64,000 nucleotides of DNA from Phaeosaccion multiseriatum (taxonomy: Eukaryota > Protista > Ochrophyta, other classes): assembly GCA_965112735.1 (NCBI GenBank), contig OZ218955.1:1860001-1924000 (forward strand), in the 5' to 3' direction. This document shows positions 25,102-39,876 of the stretch, piece by piece. The position numbers were made by a program, and so were the translations under genes. Each line of letters opens with the position of its first letter. Position 1 is the first letter of the stretch. A model generated the notes under the pieces. It was given only the letters and a program-made list of their open reading frames with translations, was not told the origin of the DNA and searched no databases.

Positions 25102-28100
25102 ATGAAGAGGCGAGGGGCCGGAGGCTCTTCCGCGGGGGACAAGAAGAAGGTCGGAGGCTTCTCCATTGGAAAGCCAGTGCGGAAAAGCAGGCTGCAGAAG
25201 GTACGAAGAGGCAAACTCGAGGCGCAAGTGAGGGAGGGAGGATTTCTCCCCTTTCCCCCCTCAACGTCTCCTCTTTCCGTCTGTCCATTCACCTCTTCCT
25301 CTACTCATTTAACTCCATTTACAATGATCCCTCCTTTGTGTATGGTCTGTCACCCTTTGCCAAACCAGGAGCGCGATGCGGCCGAGGAGAAGCGCAAGCA
25401 GTCCGAGTCCGAAGCCGCGGCTCTTTTTGAGAGCTTTGCCGCCTCCTTCGACGCCGACCCCCACCAGGGCAAGACCTTCATCCGGGGAGGGCGAGAAGGA
25501 CCACCCGCCGCTGGCGTGCCGGGACACTATGGGGGCGGGGGGGGCGCAGCAGGAGCAGGACACAGCAAGAGCAGTAGCGGTAGTAGCAGCGGCACTGGTA
25601 GTCTCCGCGCAGCGGGCCCCGGGGCGGCCCAAATACCGTTGGTGGTTGGAATGGGCAGCAGCAGCGGTGCAGTGGGAGGAGTAGAAGGAGTATACACCTT
25701 GGGGGGGAGCAGCGGCGGTGGCGGGGGGGGCAAGAAGGGCAAGCCTCCCAGCGAGATGGAGCTGATGCTTGCGGAGATCAAGGCCAAGCAGGTAAGAAGG
25801 AAGCGCTATGGTGCTGGTGCGGGGTGGTGAGAAGACGCAGTAAGGTGTGGTAAGCTGTTTTAAGGTAAGGTAAGGTAAGGTATGGTAAGGTGAGGTAAGT
25901 TGTTTCAAGGTAAGGTATAAGGTAAGGTGAAGTGTGGCAGTGGCGCAGACACGCGGCCTCGGCAGGGGGTAGGGGGAGGAGCGCTGCCCTTGCTGGTTGC
26001 TGTACTCCTGTCTTATCCATATATCGCCTCTGCTCGGAGAGGGGTTGTAACCTAATATCATAGCACCATCGCGTAGACAGCCTTGTGAAACGGCATGGTG
26101 GTGGTGGTGGTTGGTGGTGGGGGGGGGGGGGGGGGCAATTTGACTTCCTTCATCATGTCCTCATCATACACTTTGATCACACACACACATATGCATGCAC
26201 AGGCTGCTCGAGCCTCTGGCGACAATATGGGAGGAGGAGGAGGAGGAGGAGGAGGAGGCGGAGGCGGAGGAGGGAGAGGGGGGCCTGGCGGTATGGGAGG
26301 GGGCAGAGGGGGTCGACAGATCGACTCCTTCTTCCATGAGATCAAGGCAGGGCAGAGCAGGCCCTTCCACCAGCAACCACCTGTGGCCAGCCACGGCTCG
26401 ATGGACGACGGAGACCCGACCTCCACCAACCTGTACCTCGGCAACATTGCACCCACCGTTACAGAAGAGGTGCTGCAGGTCCGTTTGGTTTGGTAGGGAA
26501 GGGTGTTGGTTGGTTGGTTGGTTGGTTGGTTTGCTTGCTTAGTTGCTTGGTGGGTTGGATGGATGGTTGATTGGTTGGTTGGTTGGTTGGTTAGTTTGGT
26601 ACAGACAGAAGGGGGGTTGAAACTCAAAATCAAGCTCAAACTCTCACCCGCATACACACACACACACACACAGGAGGTATTTGCCAAATACGGCGAGATT
26701 TACTCCATCAAAATCATGTGGCCAAGGACGGACGAAGAGCGTAACCGTAACCGCAACTGCGGCTTCGTCTCCTTCTGGCGACGATCGGATGCACAGGACG
26801 CCAAGAACAGCCTCTCCGACGTGCTGGTGGAAAACTATAAGATGGTGATTGGGTGGGGCAAGCCCATAAATAAGCTCGCGCACAGAGTGGGAGCGGAAAC
26901 TAAGGTACGGTCGGGGTTGGGTTGCCCCCCCCCCCCTCCTCTCCTCCCCGTCCCTCTCCGCCTCCTCCTCTTCCCTCCCCTCCCCACGGGTGTTGGGCCG
27001 CAATCTGAAACTGGAACTCCAACTCCACCCCCCCTTTCCCTCTGCCACATCCACAGGTGTCGACGCAGCCGGGTTCGCAGGGCGCGCCTCCGAAGGACGC
27101 TCACGACCCGTCTCTGCCGGAGAACCTTAAGGTGATTAGAGCATAGGAGAGGGGAGGGAGAGAGGGAGAGAGAGAGAGAGGAAATGGAAGGAGAGAAGGA
27201 GAAAGGAGCACGGAGGGAGAGAGTGCGATGAAGGGGGAGAGGAGAGAGAGAAGGAGCGAGAGGAGACAAGGTATCACTCATCCTGCCCCTCACATAGTTT
27301 CATCTTGTCTTGTCATTCATCCTACCCCCTACCCCCTCCCCCTCGCTCCCTCCCCTCCCTCCCTCCCCTCCCTCCCTCCCTCCCTCCCCCCCTCTCCTCT
27401 TCCCTCCTCCCTCTCTTCCCTTCCTCCCTCCACCCCACGCCCTCCCTCCTCGCTACCTCCCCTCCCTCCCTCCCTCCCCCCCCAGAACTTGGCCCAGCCG
27501 GGCATGACCGCCGAGACCCTCCTCAGCCGCGCAGCCCTCGCTACCGCAAAGATGGCAGCCATTGGCAACAGGAGCCTCGCTACTGCTACTGCTACAGCCG
27601 CCGCTGCTACTGCTGCCGCCCCTGCTGCTGCTGCCACAGCCAACCCTGCCCCAGCCTCCTCCTCCTCCTCTTCGCTCCCGGCCTCTGCTGTCCCTTCTGC
27701 TGCTGCTGCTGCTGCTGCTGCTCCAGTTGGTGCCTCGGCTGGGGTGGACGTCGCCAACACCATGGCCGCCAGGGTGGCGGCTGCCGTGAAGGGCGCTCAG
27801 CAAGCCAAGGAGCAGCCCGGATCCGTGCCGGCGTCAGAGGACGGTGCTACTGTATCACCAACTGGTACGGCCGTGTCACAAACGGGCGCTTCTGTTGCTC
27901 CTGTTGCGGCCGTTGCCCCTACTGGGGCGGTGAGCACAACTGCTGTACCACCAACAGCTGCAGCAAAGAGCAGCCCCGTCGAGGAGGATGCAGCGCAGGG
28001 GGGGGAGAGGGAGATGCAGGCCTTTGACGAGCAGGTACGAGCGGATGGCAGGGGATGGCAGGGGATGGCAGGGGATGGCAGTGGATTGGGGGGGGGGGGG

Positions 28101-31100
28101 GGCAGCGGATGGCAGCGGATGGGGCGCAGCGATGGGCACGGGCGGGGCTGATGTCCTCCGTATTGACTTGTGAGCGTTTTGCCCATCATCTACACGCTCA
28201 TCCCCACCCCTGCCTCTGCTGCCTGTCTTTCAACACCCCACCCTGACCCCTGCTGCCTCCTCCCCCCTCCCTCCCCCCTCCCCTCCTCTTCCACCCCTCC
28301 TTCCCTCCCTCCCTCCCTCCCTCAGCTCAAGGTGCCTTGGGTAGCCGACGTGAACCGCCGCTACCTCATCGACCGCACCGCCACATACGTGGCCAAGGAT
28401 GGCGCCCCTCTCGAGAACAGCCTCCGAGACGCTCAGATGAACAACCCCGATGGCAAGTTCGCCTTCCTCGTCATGTTCGACTCTCCCGAGGGCTTGTACT
28501 ATCGCTGGAAGGTGTGTGTGTAGTGTGGGACGAGGGAGGTGGGAGGTGGAGAAGGCCGGTTGTGTGTGGGTGTGTGGGTGTGTGTGGGTGTGTGTGTATA
28601 GGTGTGTGTGTGTGGGTGTGTGTGTATGGGTGTGTGTGTGGGGGGGTCTGTGTGTGGGTGTGTGTGCGTGTGGGTGTGTGTGTATGGCTGTGTGTGTGCG
28701 TGCGTGTGTATGTGTAGGGGGCGTGTGTGTGCGCTTGTGTGTGTGTAGAGGGGGGGTGAGGGTGGGGGGTCGTTGGGTGGTTGGGTAGGTGTATAGGTGT
28801 GTGTGTGTGTGTGTGTGTGAATGGGCAGGTGGGCGTGAGAACAAGCAAGCAGGCGGCAAAACCTCCTCCCACCCCCCCCCCCCCGCACTCCCCCTTTACA
28901 AAGGTATACAGCCTGCTCATGGGTGACCGCGCTCACCAATGGCGAGAGAAGCCGTTTCAGATGCGCCTCGGTGGCCCCTTCATAGTACCGCCCCCCATAC
29001 CCGTGCACGATGAGGACCTGCTGGCTAAGCAGAAGAAGGAGCAGAGGCAGGTCAAGGAGAGGAAGGAGCAGGAGGAGCGGCGCGAGAGGGAGAAGAAGCA
29101 GGCCGAGTCCAAGGGCCTCCAGTCAGACAGGTACGTGCTGCGTGTGTGGGTGTGTGCGTGCGTGCGTGCATGCGGGCATGCCGTGTGGGTGCGTGTGTGT
29201 GTGTGCGCGCGCCCGTGTCCCCTGGCCCTGATGCTGACATCTGTCCCTTCACCCCTTCACCCCTTCACCCCTCACCCCATCCACTGCCATCCGTCCCCTG
29301 ACCCCTGACCCCATCCACTGCCATCCCCTGACCCAAAGGTACAAGTACTCTACAGGGCGGCAGCTCGAGAGGGCCCGCGAGCTGGAGAAAGGCGGCAAGA
29401 CGTACGGAAAGGACCTGGACCAGGCAGGGCAGGCACGATTCAAGGAGATGCTCAGGTGCGTGGGAAGGTGGGGGTGGCGATGGAGGTGGAGGTGGGTGCA
29501 CATAATGACCGAATGCATACACACGATCCCAACAATACTTCGCCCTCACCCCCCCTTCCTTTCCTCTTGCCCCCCTCGCTGCTCAGTGCCCTCACCACGA
29601 GCCGCACGAAGATCAAGGAGGGCATGGGCTTCGCATTGGACCACACCGACTGCTCCGGAGAGGTAACGACCCTACTGGTAGAGAGCCTGGTCGACAATAG
29701 CACCAGCGCCCCACAGTCTCTGGAGAGTAAGCTCGCCCGTCTGTACCTCATGAGCGACATCTTGCACAACAGCAGTGCTCCTGTCAAGCTTGCATCTTCC
29801 TACCGCACTCTCATGGAAGGGGTCCTGCCGAAAGTCTTTGAGCACCTCAACGAGACTTTTAGGTAGGTGTGGGAACGTGTGTGTGTGTGTGTGTGTGCGC
29901 GGGGGGGGGTGGGTGTATGTGTGCGCGTGTGCGTATGTGCGTGTGTGTGAGCGTGCTGCAAATGCCTGGGCTGTGGCCGCCTTCAATTTGAACCCAAGCA
30001 AATACACCTAACCCCCTTCTTACGTTCCTCCGTCCGATGTCATTGGTTGACGTTTCATCCATCCATCCATCCATCCATCCATCCATCCATTGCCATCCAT
30101 CCCTCCATCCAGGGCCATCTCTGGGCGTTTCACAGCCAAGCAGCTGGAGACGAGAGTGCTTGCCGTGCTGAGCGCTTGGGAGAGGTGGAGTCTGTATCCG
30201 GCCTTGTACATCACCGGCCTCGAGGCGACCTTCATGCGCACCAAAGACGCAGCAGCAGGAGGAGTAGGAGGAGGAGGAGGAGGAGGAGGAGGAGGAGGAG
30301 GAGGAGGAGGAGGAGGAGGAGGAGGAGGTGTGAAGGAGGAGGATCTAGACTACGATGCTCTGGCGAAGAAGAGTCGACAAGCTGGCCTGAGGGTTGAGGG
30401 GCTGAGTGCTCTGCAGCTACTCGGGCGGCTCAGCCATCTTAGCACTTACGCCAAGGCCAAAGCTTCGGGCAGGGGCGGCGGGGCAGGGGCAGGAGCGGCG
30501 GGGGCCATCCTCGAGGGCATGTTGGGCGGGTCGGCAGGGGCCGGCGGGGCGAATGGAGGCAGTGGGGGGGCTGGGGGTGGCGACGACGGGGACGAAGAAG
30601 ACATTGATGGGACGCCTTTGGAGCTGCTTTCGAGTGGAGGGGGTGCTGCTACTGGTGCTGCTACTGCTACTGCTGCTGGTGCTGGTGGTGGTGCAGGTGC
30701 TGATGCAGAGGGAGGAAGACGGGCGGACGGCTCCGGACCATTGAGTAGGACGGTTGTGGACAGTGACGATGGAGATTCGGATGCAGATGGCGACGATGTG
30801 GATGGTGTGCCTCTGCACCTCCCTGTGCCCGGGGTGGGAAGTGAGGGAGGCGTGTCTGCTGCCGACTTTCTGAAGGTCAAGGGGAAGGAGGGGCAGGACA
30901 CGGGTGCTGGTGCTGACGATGGTGACGGTGAAGACGATGATGATGATGACGATAGCATTGATGGTACTCCTTTGGTTCTCGGAGACCGGGCGGAGAAGGG
31001 ATCAACCGGAGGATCGCAAGGAGGGTCAACAGTTGGTGGTACAGCAGCAGGGGGGTCTTTGCTGAAGGGCAAGTACGACTCTTCAGACGGAGAAAGCGAC

Positions 31101-31996
31101 GACGGAGACAGCGACGACGGACCGGGTGTGATAAGCGTGTTCGCGGAGGAAGCAGCGAGGCAGGTGCAGAAGAGGGTTGACAAGATGAAGCTGGCTCCAG
31201 CGGAGGAGGAGGTACGAGGCGAAGGCGAAGGCGAGGATGGAGGGAAGGAGAGAGGCGAGGAGGGAGAGAGGGAGGGAGCGAGGGTAGTGGGCAGGTCTTG
31301 CTTGGTACTGTTGCTAATGGAGGAGGCGTTTGGGGTGTATCCCCCGCCTTCAACGCATAGCGTGTTCTCCGTTCTCTTCACTCTCTTCTCACACCACACG
31401 CCTCGTCCTTGGAACCTCTTCGTGTTTGGGAGGAGGCGTTTGGGGTGTATCCCCCGCCTTCAACGCATAGCGTGTTCTCCGTTCTCTTCACTCTCTTCTC
31501 ACACCACACGCCTCGTCCTTGGAACCTCTTCGTGTTTGTATCTCTCTACTGTATGTACGAATCTATATGTCTCTCTCCGATGTGTTTGTGTACACAGGAC
31601 AAGCGCCGTGTGTTGCGGGAGGGTGAGTCCGAGCTGCTGCAACTCAGAGACGCGTTGGAGAAGAAGGGCGTTTCAGAAGTGGACATTCAGCGAAGGACAA
31701 ACGCCAAGAGAGGGGAGATGGTGGCCAAGTGGGAGGAGGAGCTACTCAGGAAGAGGGCCGCGGCAGCAGAGAGTGAGGCGAGTAGAGAGGCTAGCAGCAG
31801 AGAGCCAGGGCGGCGGAGGGGACGTAGCAGGAGCAGGGACAGGGACAACAAGAACAGGGAGCGGGATTGGGAGAGGGATAGCAGGGACAGGGAGAGGGAT
31901 AGAGAGAGGGATGGCAGGGGGAGGGGTCGCGACAGGGAGAGGGGTGGGAGCAGAAGCAGGAGCAGGAGTCCGAGACAGAGGGATCGCAAGAGACGG

Positions 31997-32044
<48 letters not shown>

Positions 32045-32509
32045 TCCAGTAGAGACAGAGACAGGTGCGTGGTTGCGTGCGTGGGTTTTAAGATCGGGCG
32101 GGGATGTGGTGTGGAGTCGTTGGTACTGGCTGTTGAAAGATGGGGATTCGATTCAGACTCCACCCGCGCTCGAAAGAGGAAAGGGATTTATTGTGTATGT
32201 GTGTGTTTGCCACACTTGTGTTGATTTGAGACGCGAGGGGACGTGCAGAGTGCCATGTGCGTGTCTCTTTGTCTGTATCTCTCTCTATATATGTATTCGC
32301 TTTCTTTCTCTTCGCTCTCCCTGTCTTTGCTCTCTCTCTCTCTCGATTGAAGCGCGTCGCTTGTTTAACCTCCCTTTATAGAGGAGGAATCCTTCGCACT
32401 GACAGACAACGAACCTCATGTTTTTATCAGAGCCAGGGCAAGAGAGAGGGGAGACAGTAGCAGAAGCAGCGGAGGGGCGGGCAGCAGCAGTACCAGACAT
32501 AGGCGATGA
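25102..32509 (+). CDS. U2SURP: U2 snRNP-associated SURP motif-containing protein (SR140): RRM, SURP, CID and RS domains
   Basis: RRM: TNLYLGNIAPTVTEE/EVFAKYGEIYSIKIMWPRTDEERNRNRNCGFVSF. SURP: LIDRTATYVAKDG...YYRWKVYSL. CID: KLARLYLMSDILHNSS. EDIDGTPL repeats and an RS tail follow. About 13 exons; the last exon is uncertain (32431-32509 preferred, giving RARARERGDSSR...RHRR*). Confidence 0.93.
31319..31538. repeat. 110-bp perfect tandem duplication, intronic
   Basis: GGAGGAGGCGTTTGGGG...CTCTTCGTGTTTG occurs twice in succession. Confidence 0.92.
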
Positions 32510-32758
32510 CGGACTGCGAATGTGGGCTCTGTTCGCCACTGTGCTGTGCGATGCCCCTCCTCCGTCGCCGCCACTACCACCACCGCCTTCGCAGCTGCTA
32601 CTGCTGCTGTTGCTACTGCTGGTGCTGGTGCTGGTGCTGGTGCTGGTCGTGCTGTCGTTGCCCAAGGGGTTGGCTGCTGGGGCTGGTGCGGGGTCGGGCG
32701 GGAAGGGACTGAGGCACGGCATGGGCGAGATCAATTCTCAGTCGTCAACAGGTGGAGT

Positions 32759-32760
<2 letters not shown>

Positions 32761-32841
<81 letters not shown>

Positions 32842-32940
32842 GCGCGGCTGTTGTCCTGTTCGGCGCAGCTTTGTGTGTGTGTTGTCCATCTGCGGCCGAT
32901 GCATAGGAAGATATGCGTGATTTCTCGAGAGGAATGCTTC

Positions 32941-33017
<77 letters not shown>

Positions 33018-33050
33018 GCTGTCGTTGCTGTTGTCGTTGTTGTTGTTGTT
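32761..33050. repeat. (TG)n and (GTT)n microsatellites
   Basis: Runs at 32761-32837 and 32941-33050. Confidence 0.95.
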
Positions 33051-34314
33051 TGCCCCCCTCCCATCCCCCCTAACGTGACCGACGTACGGCGGCCCTGCAT
33101 CTCCGCAACCCTTTTGCCGTCTCCTATACATGCATCTCCTCCCCCACACACCCTCTCTCGCTCTCCCCTCTTTCCATGGCTGTCTCAGGCTAGAGCTGCC
33201 GCAGCTCTGGCCACATGCTGGCTGGTCATTGGCCTGGCTCCTTTCGCTGCTCTCTTGGCTGCTCTCGTCCGCTCCCTCCCCCCCCCTCTCCCCCTCCCCC
33301 TCTCCTCTCCTCTCCTCTCCTCTCCTCTCCCTCTCCCCTCAGCAGTGTGGGTGGGTGATAAGTATCGGTAGAGCCTCTCCTCGTGCGCTCTCTCTCCTCT
33401 TCCACACACGTACACATACACACACACACCCTACTGACACCACCTCGGACAGGCGAGGGAGCCAATGAGATGAGAAGGAGGGGAGCCGTTGTGATGCTTG
33501 CTGGCGGTCCTGCCCGGTCCGCCTGGATTGATGATGAAGCCCGATTGAGATTGAAGTACTCACTGTGTGGGCTCGGCTCGGCGCGGGGCTGCAGACCATT
33601 CGGACACTTTCCAACAGGGCACGAAGGGAGAACGGAGAGCAATGAGTGAATGAGCTCTTCTTCACTGCCTTCTTGGCGCGGCGGCCTGCCCTGCGCTGCC
33701 CTTTGCGAGAAGCGGACATGCCTTACATCAGAGCATGCGAGCAACGCGGGGGGGATGGATATGTTGGAGGAAGGTGGGGAGGAAGGCGTCACCGACTGTG
33801 GCGCTTTCCTGGGCTTGATGGGGGCGTTTCTGATTGGGGTGTTGCAGAGGGTATCACGGGATGGATATGATTGACGTGAAAGCCGACAACGCGGACACCA
33901 TCACCTCCGCGCTTTAGAGGGGTGCGAGGGGGGGGGTCAGCACACTCGGTCTGCTTGGCCGGCGGTGAGGAGTGGGCCAGCTGGGGAGGCAATGAACAAG
34001 GCCAAGCCAGCAGCAGCGAATGAGCTGCTGACGAGCAGGGAGGGCCGCTCGTCGACCATCATCGCTCTGCCTTACCACGTGCTGGCGACACGTCAAGGAC
34101 CCTCGCTCCCGCCTGACTGCCTGCTGGCGGTGAAGCCTCCTACCCGCATCTCTGGGGTCTGCGGCGTGCGAATGTTGCACGTAAGTCAGTAATCGGCGTG
34201 AGCGCGTGCGCGAGAGAGAGAAGGATACTTGGCACTTACAATTGTATCCCTTCTCTCTTCCACCCCTCCACTGCCATCCCATGGTTCTCTCCCGCTGAAC
34301 CCTCTGCTACTTGA

Positions 34315-34423
34315 TCGACCCCTGACGTGCTATGTGCTATCGCCGGCGGCCCATAGCGTGGTGTCGGACCCGCGTGGGCCCGATAGCATGCTATCGAGAA
34401 TGCGTCGATACGTCAGGTTTCAA
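34315..34423. mobile_element. Degenerate MITE of the TCGACC family
   Basis: The left end TCGACCCCTGACGTGCTA is identical over 18 bp to the element at 3400. The right end ACGTCAGGTTTCAA matches the TIR at 11/14. Flanks ACTTGA and ACTTTA form a 5/6 TSD. Confidence 0.65.
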
Positions 34424-34763
34424 ACTTTATACATACTACTACACCACTCATGTCTGAAATGAAATAAACCAAAGCAATACTTGTGAGCTCTGCCTTTGAC
34501 TGTGCTGCTGCGAATTCTAACAAGAATGCGGGTCGTCTGGCGGGGCCATGCCACAGCTCCGAGCGGTGGTGCCGCACCGGGGGACAACAGCGGCCTGCGG
34601 CGTTTCCTTTTGTTTCTTCTGCTATGCTGTTACTACTGCTTCTGCAACTACTGCTTCTCCGCACCCTCCATGCCTCTGCCTTTGCATTCCAGAGGCGGCG
34701 GGCGGGCGGCTCAGACAAGCTAGCTCCTCGTCGCTTGGCCCTTTCCGTGGCTGCGATGATCGT

Positions 34764-35477
34764 TTAATTTGATGGAGGATCTGACCAAGGGAAGGCGGTC
34801 GGTGCTTCAGAAGATTCCACTCCCTCTGCTGGCCTCGTCAGCACCAGCGCCGCACTGCTGCATGTTGGAGATTCGGTCTGCCCTGGTGTACGGATGTCTG
34901 AGGCCGGCTGCTGGGATCCTGCGGCTCCTGCTCGCTGGCCTTGGCCGGCCTCCCTCTTCTCCCACTTTAGCTCTTCGTACTGCGCCAGGGGCATCTCGTC
35001 GTAGACCTGCATCTTCTGGAACAGCTTACTCAAAGACTGCGTACGAAGGCTTCTACACTGAGGAGGCTGTGGGCCCCCAAGCGCCTGCTGCGTGCTGTCG
35101 ATCACCGACATGTCCAAGCCCGGGGGCAGGCTTCGAGTGGCACCAAGGGTGTGGCGTCTTGGTGGAACAGCAGTAGCAGGAGTAGAGGGAGACGGTGACA
35201 TTGACATTGACATTGACCGTTTGCGTGCTGCCCTGTCGCCCCCCCCCTCCTCCTGCTGCTGTTGCTGCTGAAGGCCTTCCATGCTCGAGATCTTTCCTGC
35301 TTGCGAATCTTTCGGCCTGCGAAAGTCGTGTGCCCCAAAATGGGAAGCTGTCGATGAGGGCGATCCTTCTCGCCGCCGCTTCTCTCTACTACTGATGCTA
35401 CTCTCTGGACCTCTGCTGCGGAGGCTTGTGTTGTCCATGTCGATCCATGTAGTAGGTAAAAAGCTTCGCTCTGCCAT
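34764..35477 (-). CDS. Intronless disordered protein, paralog A, carrying LDMSVIDSTQQALGGPQPPQCR
   Basis: 237-aa ATG-initiated ORF sharing a motif with the ORF at 37170-37919. Confidence 0.6.
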   Translation of the reverse strand: MAERSFLPTTWIDMDNTSLRSRGPESSISSREKRRREGSPSSTASHFGAHDFRRPKDSQAGKISSMEGLQQQQQQEEGGGDRAARKRSMSMSMSPSPSTPATAVPPRRHTLGATRSLPPGLDMSVIDSTQQALGGPQPPQCRSLRTQSLSKLFQKMQVYDEMPLAQYEELKWEKREAGQGQRAGAAGSQQPASDIRTPGQTESPTCSSAALVLTRPAEGVESSEAPTAFPWSDPPSN

Positions 35478-35769
35478 ACACTTGTACTAGGCACAACACA
35501 CACAAAAAACGCGCCTCATAATAATAATAAAATAAAGTACGCCCGGTGCCAAAAAAGGGGGGAAGGGGGGAGTTAATAAGGTCCTCTTTTTGAAGAAGGA
35601 AAAGCTCCTCAGGAGCTCTCCCCTTATTTTGGTCTCCCAACTCCCAATCGATCCAACCGCACCAGGCGCACCGCGCACCGGGACACCTGCTCTTCGGCGT
35701 GCTCTTCCCTTCGGCCAGAGCAGGTGGGAGGGAGAGAATGAAATACAGGGGCCGACTCCACACAGGCAT

Positions 35770-35800
<31 letters not shown>

Positions 35801-35815
35801 CACACATACACATAC

Positions 35816-35863
<48 letters not shown>

Positions 35864-35983
35864 ACATGTGACCCCCCCCTTTCTTAGGTTGATTCCTACG
35901 GTTCGATGGATCACGTAGCTACCAAAGCCCGTGGGTCCCGCCAATAACAGGCCCCCTTCTCTTGCCGGAGTGCTTGCGTGTGG

Positions 35984-36128
35984 TCGACCCCTGACAAGGT
36001 TCTGGGTTCCAGGTTCTGGGGGAAAGCGTGTAATAGGTTCCAGGTTCCCCGGAAAAGCCGTGTAATAAGGCAATGATGAGGTCCCCCTGAACCTGGATGG
36101 GTCGCCTCAGAACCTTGTCAGGGGTCGA
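35984..36128. mobile_element. Intact 145-bp MITE with perfect 21-bp TIR and 6-bp TSD GTGTGG
   Basis: TCGACCCCTGACAAGGTTCTG ... CAGAACCTTGTCAGGGGTCGA, with GTGTGG at 35978-35983 and 36129-36134. Confidence 0.92.
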
Positions 36129-36711
36129 GTGTGGCGCTTGTGGAGCTTCTACCATCGACCTACCACCTACACACGAGGGCTCTCCACACGCAATTTTAAT
36201 TTCAGTTGAGAAGAAGTGTGAGAACCTCGGTTTCATGAGCCGCAACCTGTGCGCGAGTGTAGGAGGAGGGAATGGGGGGTGCGATCGGTGCAATGTTGGA
36301 ATTAACATTCTTTTAAATGCAATGTTGATTGATTGCCGGGGGGGGTTTAAATTCTCCCTCTTTTTGATACCTTGTCTATATATAACTTATATATATACAC
36401 ACACATATATATATATAACGAGTGTGTGTGTTTAATTGCATTGCTCACTGCTTTGCCCGCGGCTTGCTTCAATTAAAATTAACAGTCAGGCCACCTCTAG
36501 GGGGGGGGGGGGTTCTATTCCAATCTACTCTAGTACTTCTGAAGTCCGAAACAAGCAGCGCGACTATAAAAAATAGAAGTGCCCCCCAACAGAGCGCTCA
36601 CTCCGCACTTGGAAAGAAATTTGGTACGTGCTTACGGAACAGGGGCCTGCCCACTGCCACGCCAACCCGAGCGGTACCTGGTACCGCCCTGGGGCATGAC
36701 GTCAGCGCCGC

Positions 36712-37033
36712 TCCTCCTCCTCCTCCTCCTCCTCCTCCTCCTCCTCCTCCTCCTCCTCCTCCTCCTCCTCCTCCTCCTCCTCCTCCTCCTCCTCCTCCTC
36801 CTCCTCCTCCTCCTCCTCCTCCTCCTCCTCCTCCTCCTCCTCCTCCTCCTCCTCCTCCTCCTCCTCCTCCTCCTCCTCCTCCTCCTCCTCCTCCTCCTCC
36901 TCCTCCTCCTCCTCCTCCTCCTCCTCCTCCTCCTCCTCCTCCTCCTCCTCCTCCTCCTCCTCCTCCTCCTCCTCCTCCTCCTCCTCCTCCTCCTCCTCCT
37001 CCTCCTCCTCCTCCTCCTTCTCCTCCTCCTCCT
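36712..37033. repeat. (CCT) x ~107 microsatellite
   Basis: Nearly perfect run. Confidence 0.97.
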
Positions 37034-37169
37034 CTGCCCATCTGCATGCCTGCCTCTGCGACGCACAGGCCGCGGGGGGCTCAGCTCCTCGCCGCTTGTG
37101 TGCTGGTTCCGGGGCTACACGATGTTGCACTTGCTTGTGGCAGGAAGAAGGCAAGCAAGGTGTGATGCG

Positions 37170-37919
<750 letters not shown>

Positions 37920-38056
37920 GACCCCTCCTGCTGTCACGCCACTCGCTCCTGGCCGGCCCCAGATTTGTGAAGTCTTTTGCCGGCGAATACGGAGCAGGAA
38001 ACGCGTCCAGTTCCGCGGGGGAGGGCTGTAGCCCCTGAGGTGGCGGGAGAGCGGTC

Positions 38057-38064
38057 CTTTTATA
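38057..38064 (-). promoter_or_regulatory. TATA box (TATAAAAG) upstream of paralog B
   Basis: Consensus TATA sequence ~140 bp upstream of the first in-frame ATG. Confidence 0.45.
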
Positions 38065-38432
38065 GCTGGTGGAACTGGAAGTTTGGTTGAAGTCTGGCAC
38101 TGGGGGCGTGTCCTTTTTGTACACACATTGACATAGTGAGAAGTGAGAAGGAATTGGTCACGCCGAGGCCGAGAGCCCCCCGACTGGTGGCCTCAATTCT
38201 CAATTCTCCGGGCTGCCCCACGAGTTGTATCCGGGAAAACGTTAAATGTAACCGTCATTTTTTTGAATTTTTTTTCCCCTTGTTACAATTTTACCTGTAC
38301 TGCGTGGCAAGGGGAGTGATTCAACGAATGAATGTGATGGAGAGGCGCGATAGCGGATATCGCGTCAGGGGTGAATCAGAGCGGCAGCACCCACCCACCC
38401 ACCCCGCAACAACAACAACGACAACAACAACG

Positions 38433-38478
<46 letters not shown>

Positions 38479-38858
38479 CCCCAACAACAACAACAACAAC
38501 ACGAAAAAAGCAAAAAAGCACTTCTTTTTTTGTGAGAGAGAGCAACACTTCTTACAGTTGCACAGTTGTAGAGCCCAAAAAGGATAGCGAGTTTGAACAT
38601 GCGCATCGTGTTGCCCTCGTCGAGACAAGTCGAATGCCGGCATCGTCGCCTCCTGCAACCTCTATCAAGTTCAGTTCTATGGCCCTGCAGTGGGTGGAGG
38701 CCTACAAAATAAGGCCATGCGGGTCTTACATAAGGATGTCTTGCAGCCCAGAGGCCCCCCCCCCCCCCCCCTAAAGTGCCTCTATCGCCGAGTTGAGCAG
38801 TTTTGGTTACGCGTCCCAGGTAGGGGTAGGGGTAGGGGCGGGCCCTCGACACAGGCAC

Positions 38859-38896
<38 letters not shown>

Positions 38897-39097
38897 AATT
38901 CTGAGGTTGATTCCCATAAGTCAATATAAACTCCCCCTCGGCCGAGTGGCGGGGGTCGGGGACACGGGTGAAGACCCAAATGAGAACAACCCTGTCCACA
39001 GCAGCTTCAAGTGCTAGCTGGGCACTTCAGTCGACAAGCTTGTGGGCATTCCTCCCGACAGCTGCGCCAGTTCCACCTTCACCCTGCGAGGCAAAAG

Positions 39098-39839
39098 CTA
39101 AGCTGCGGGGCTTGAGCGTTTGCCCATAGCGTCGCCTTGCTGCGGCACGCCCCTCCCTGTACAAGTAGACCCGCCCGGCGATGCAGACACTGCCGCTTTC
39201 TTGTTCTTACCCAAGGAGGAAGCGGGGGGCGGGAGGGGAGAAGAGCGAGCCGCTGTGCTCGGTCCCCTTCCTCCTCCTCCTGCTGCTGCTGCTGCTGCCG
39301 CTGCTGCCGCTGCTCCTGCTGCTCCTACTTGCGCCGCTCGAACGGTGTTCCTCAGCAGCATGGCGATGGTCATGGGCCCCACCCCCCCGGGGACGGGCGT
39401 CACCAGACGGGCTACCTCGCGCACCTCCTCTGTGGCGACATCACCCACCAGGCGGTAGCTGGGGAGGGGAAGGGGAGGGGAGGGGGAGGGGAAGGGAAGG
39501 GGAGGGGGAGGAGGAGGGAGGGGGAGGGAGGAGGCGGGAGGGGAGGGAGAGGGAGGGGTAGGGGAGGGGGGGTGAGAGGGAGGTGAGGAGAGGGGTGAGA
39601 AGAGGGGCCGACTGACTGACCACAAATTGTCAATCTGTTCCTTCCCAAGTTGGGCGGCTTTGCTTGCTTTTGCATACTTACCCGCTCTTCTTCGACGCAT
39701 CGTCCACGGAATTGATGCCCACGTCAATCACCACAGCTCCGGGCTTCACCCACGACCCTCGAACCAGCTCTGGACTGTGGCGATTGTATGGTGATTGTTT
39801 CCATGCATAAACACCCGCAATTTGTTTCGTTCCGCCGTA

Positions 39840-39876
<37 letters not shown>

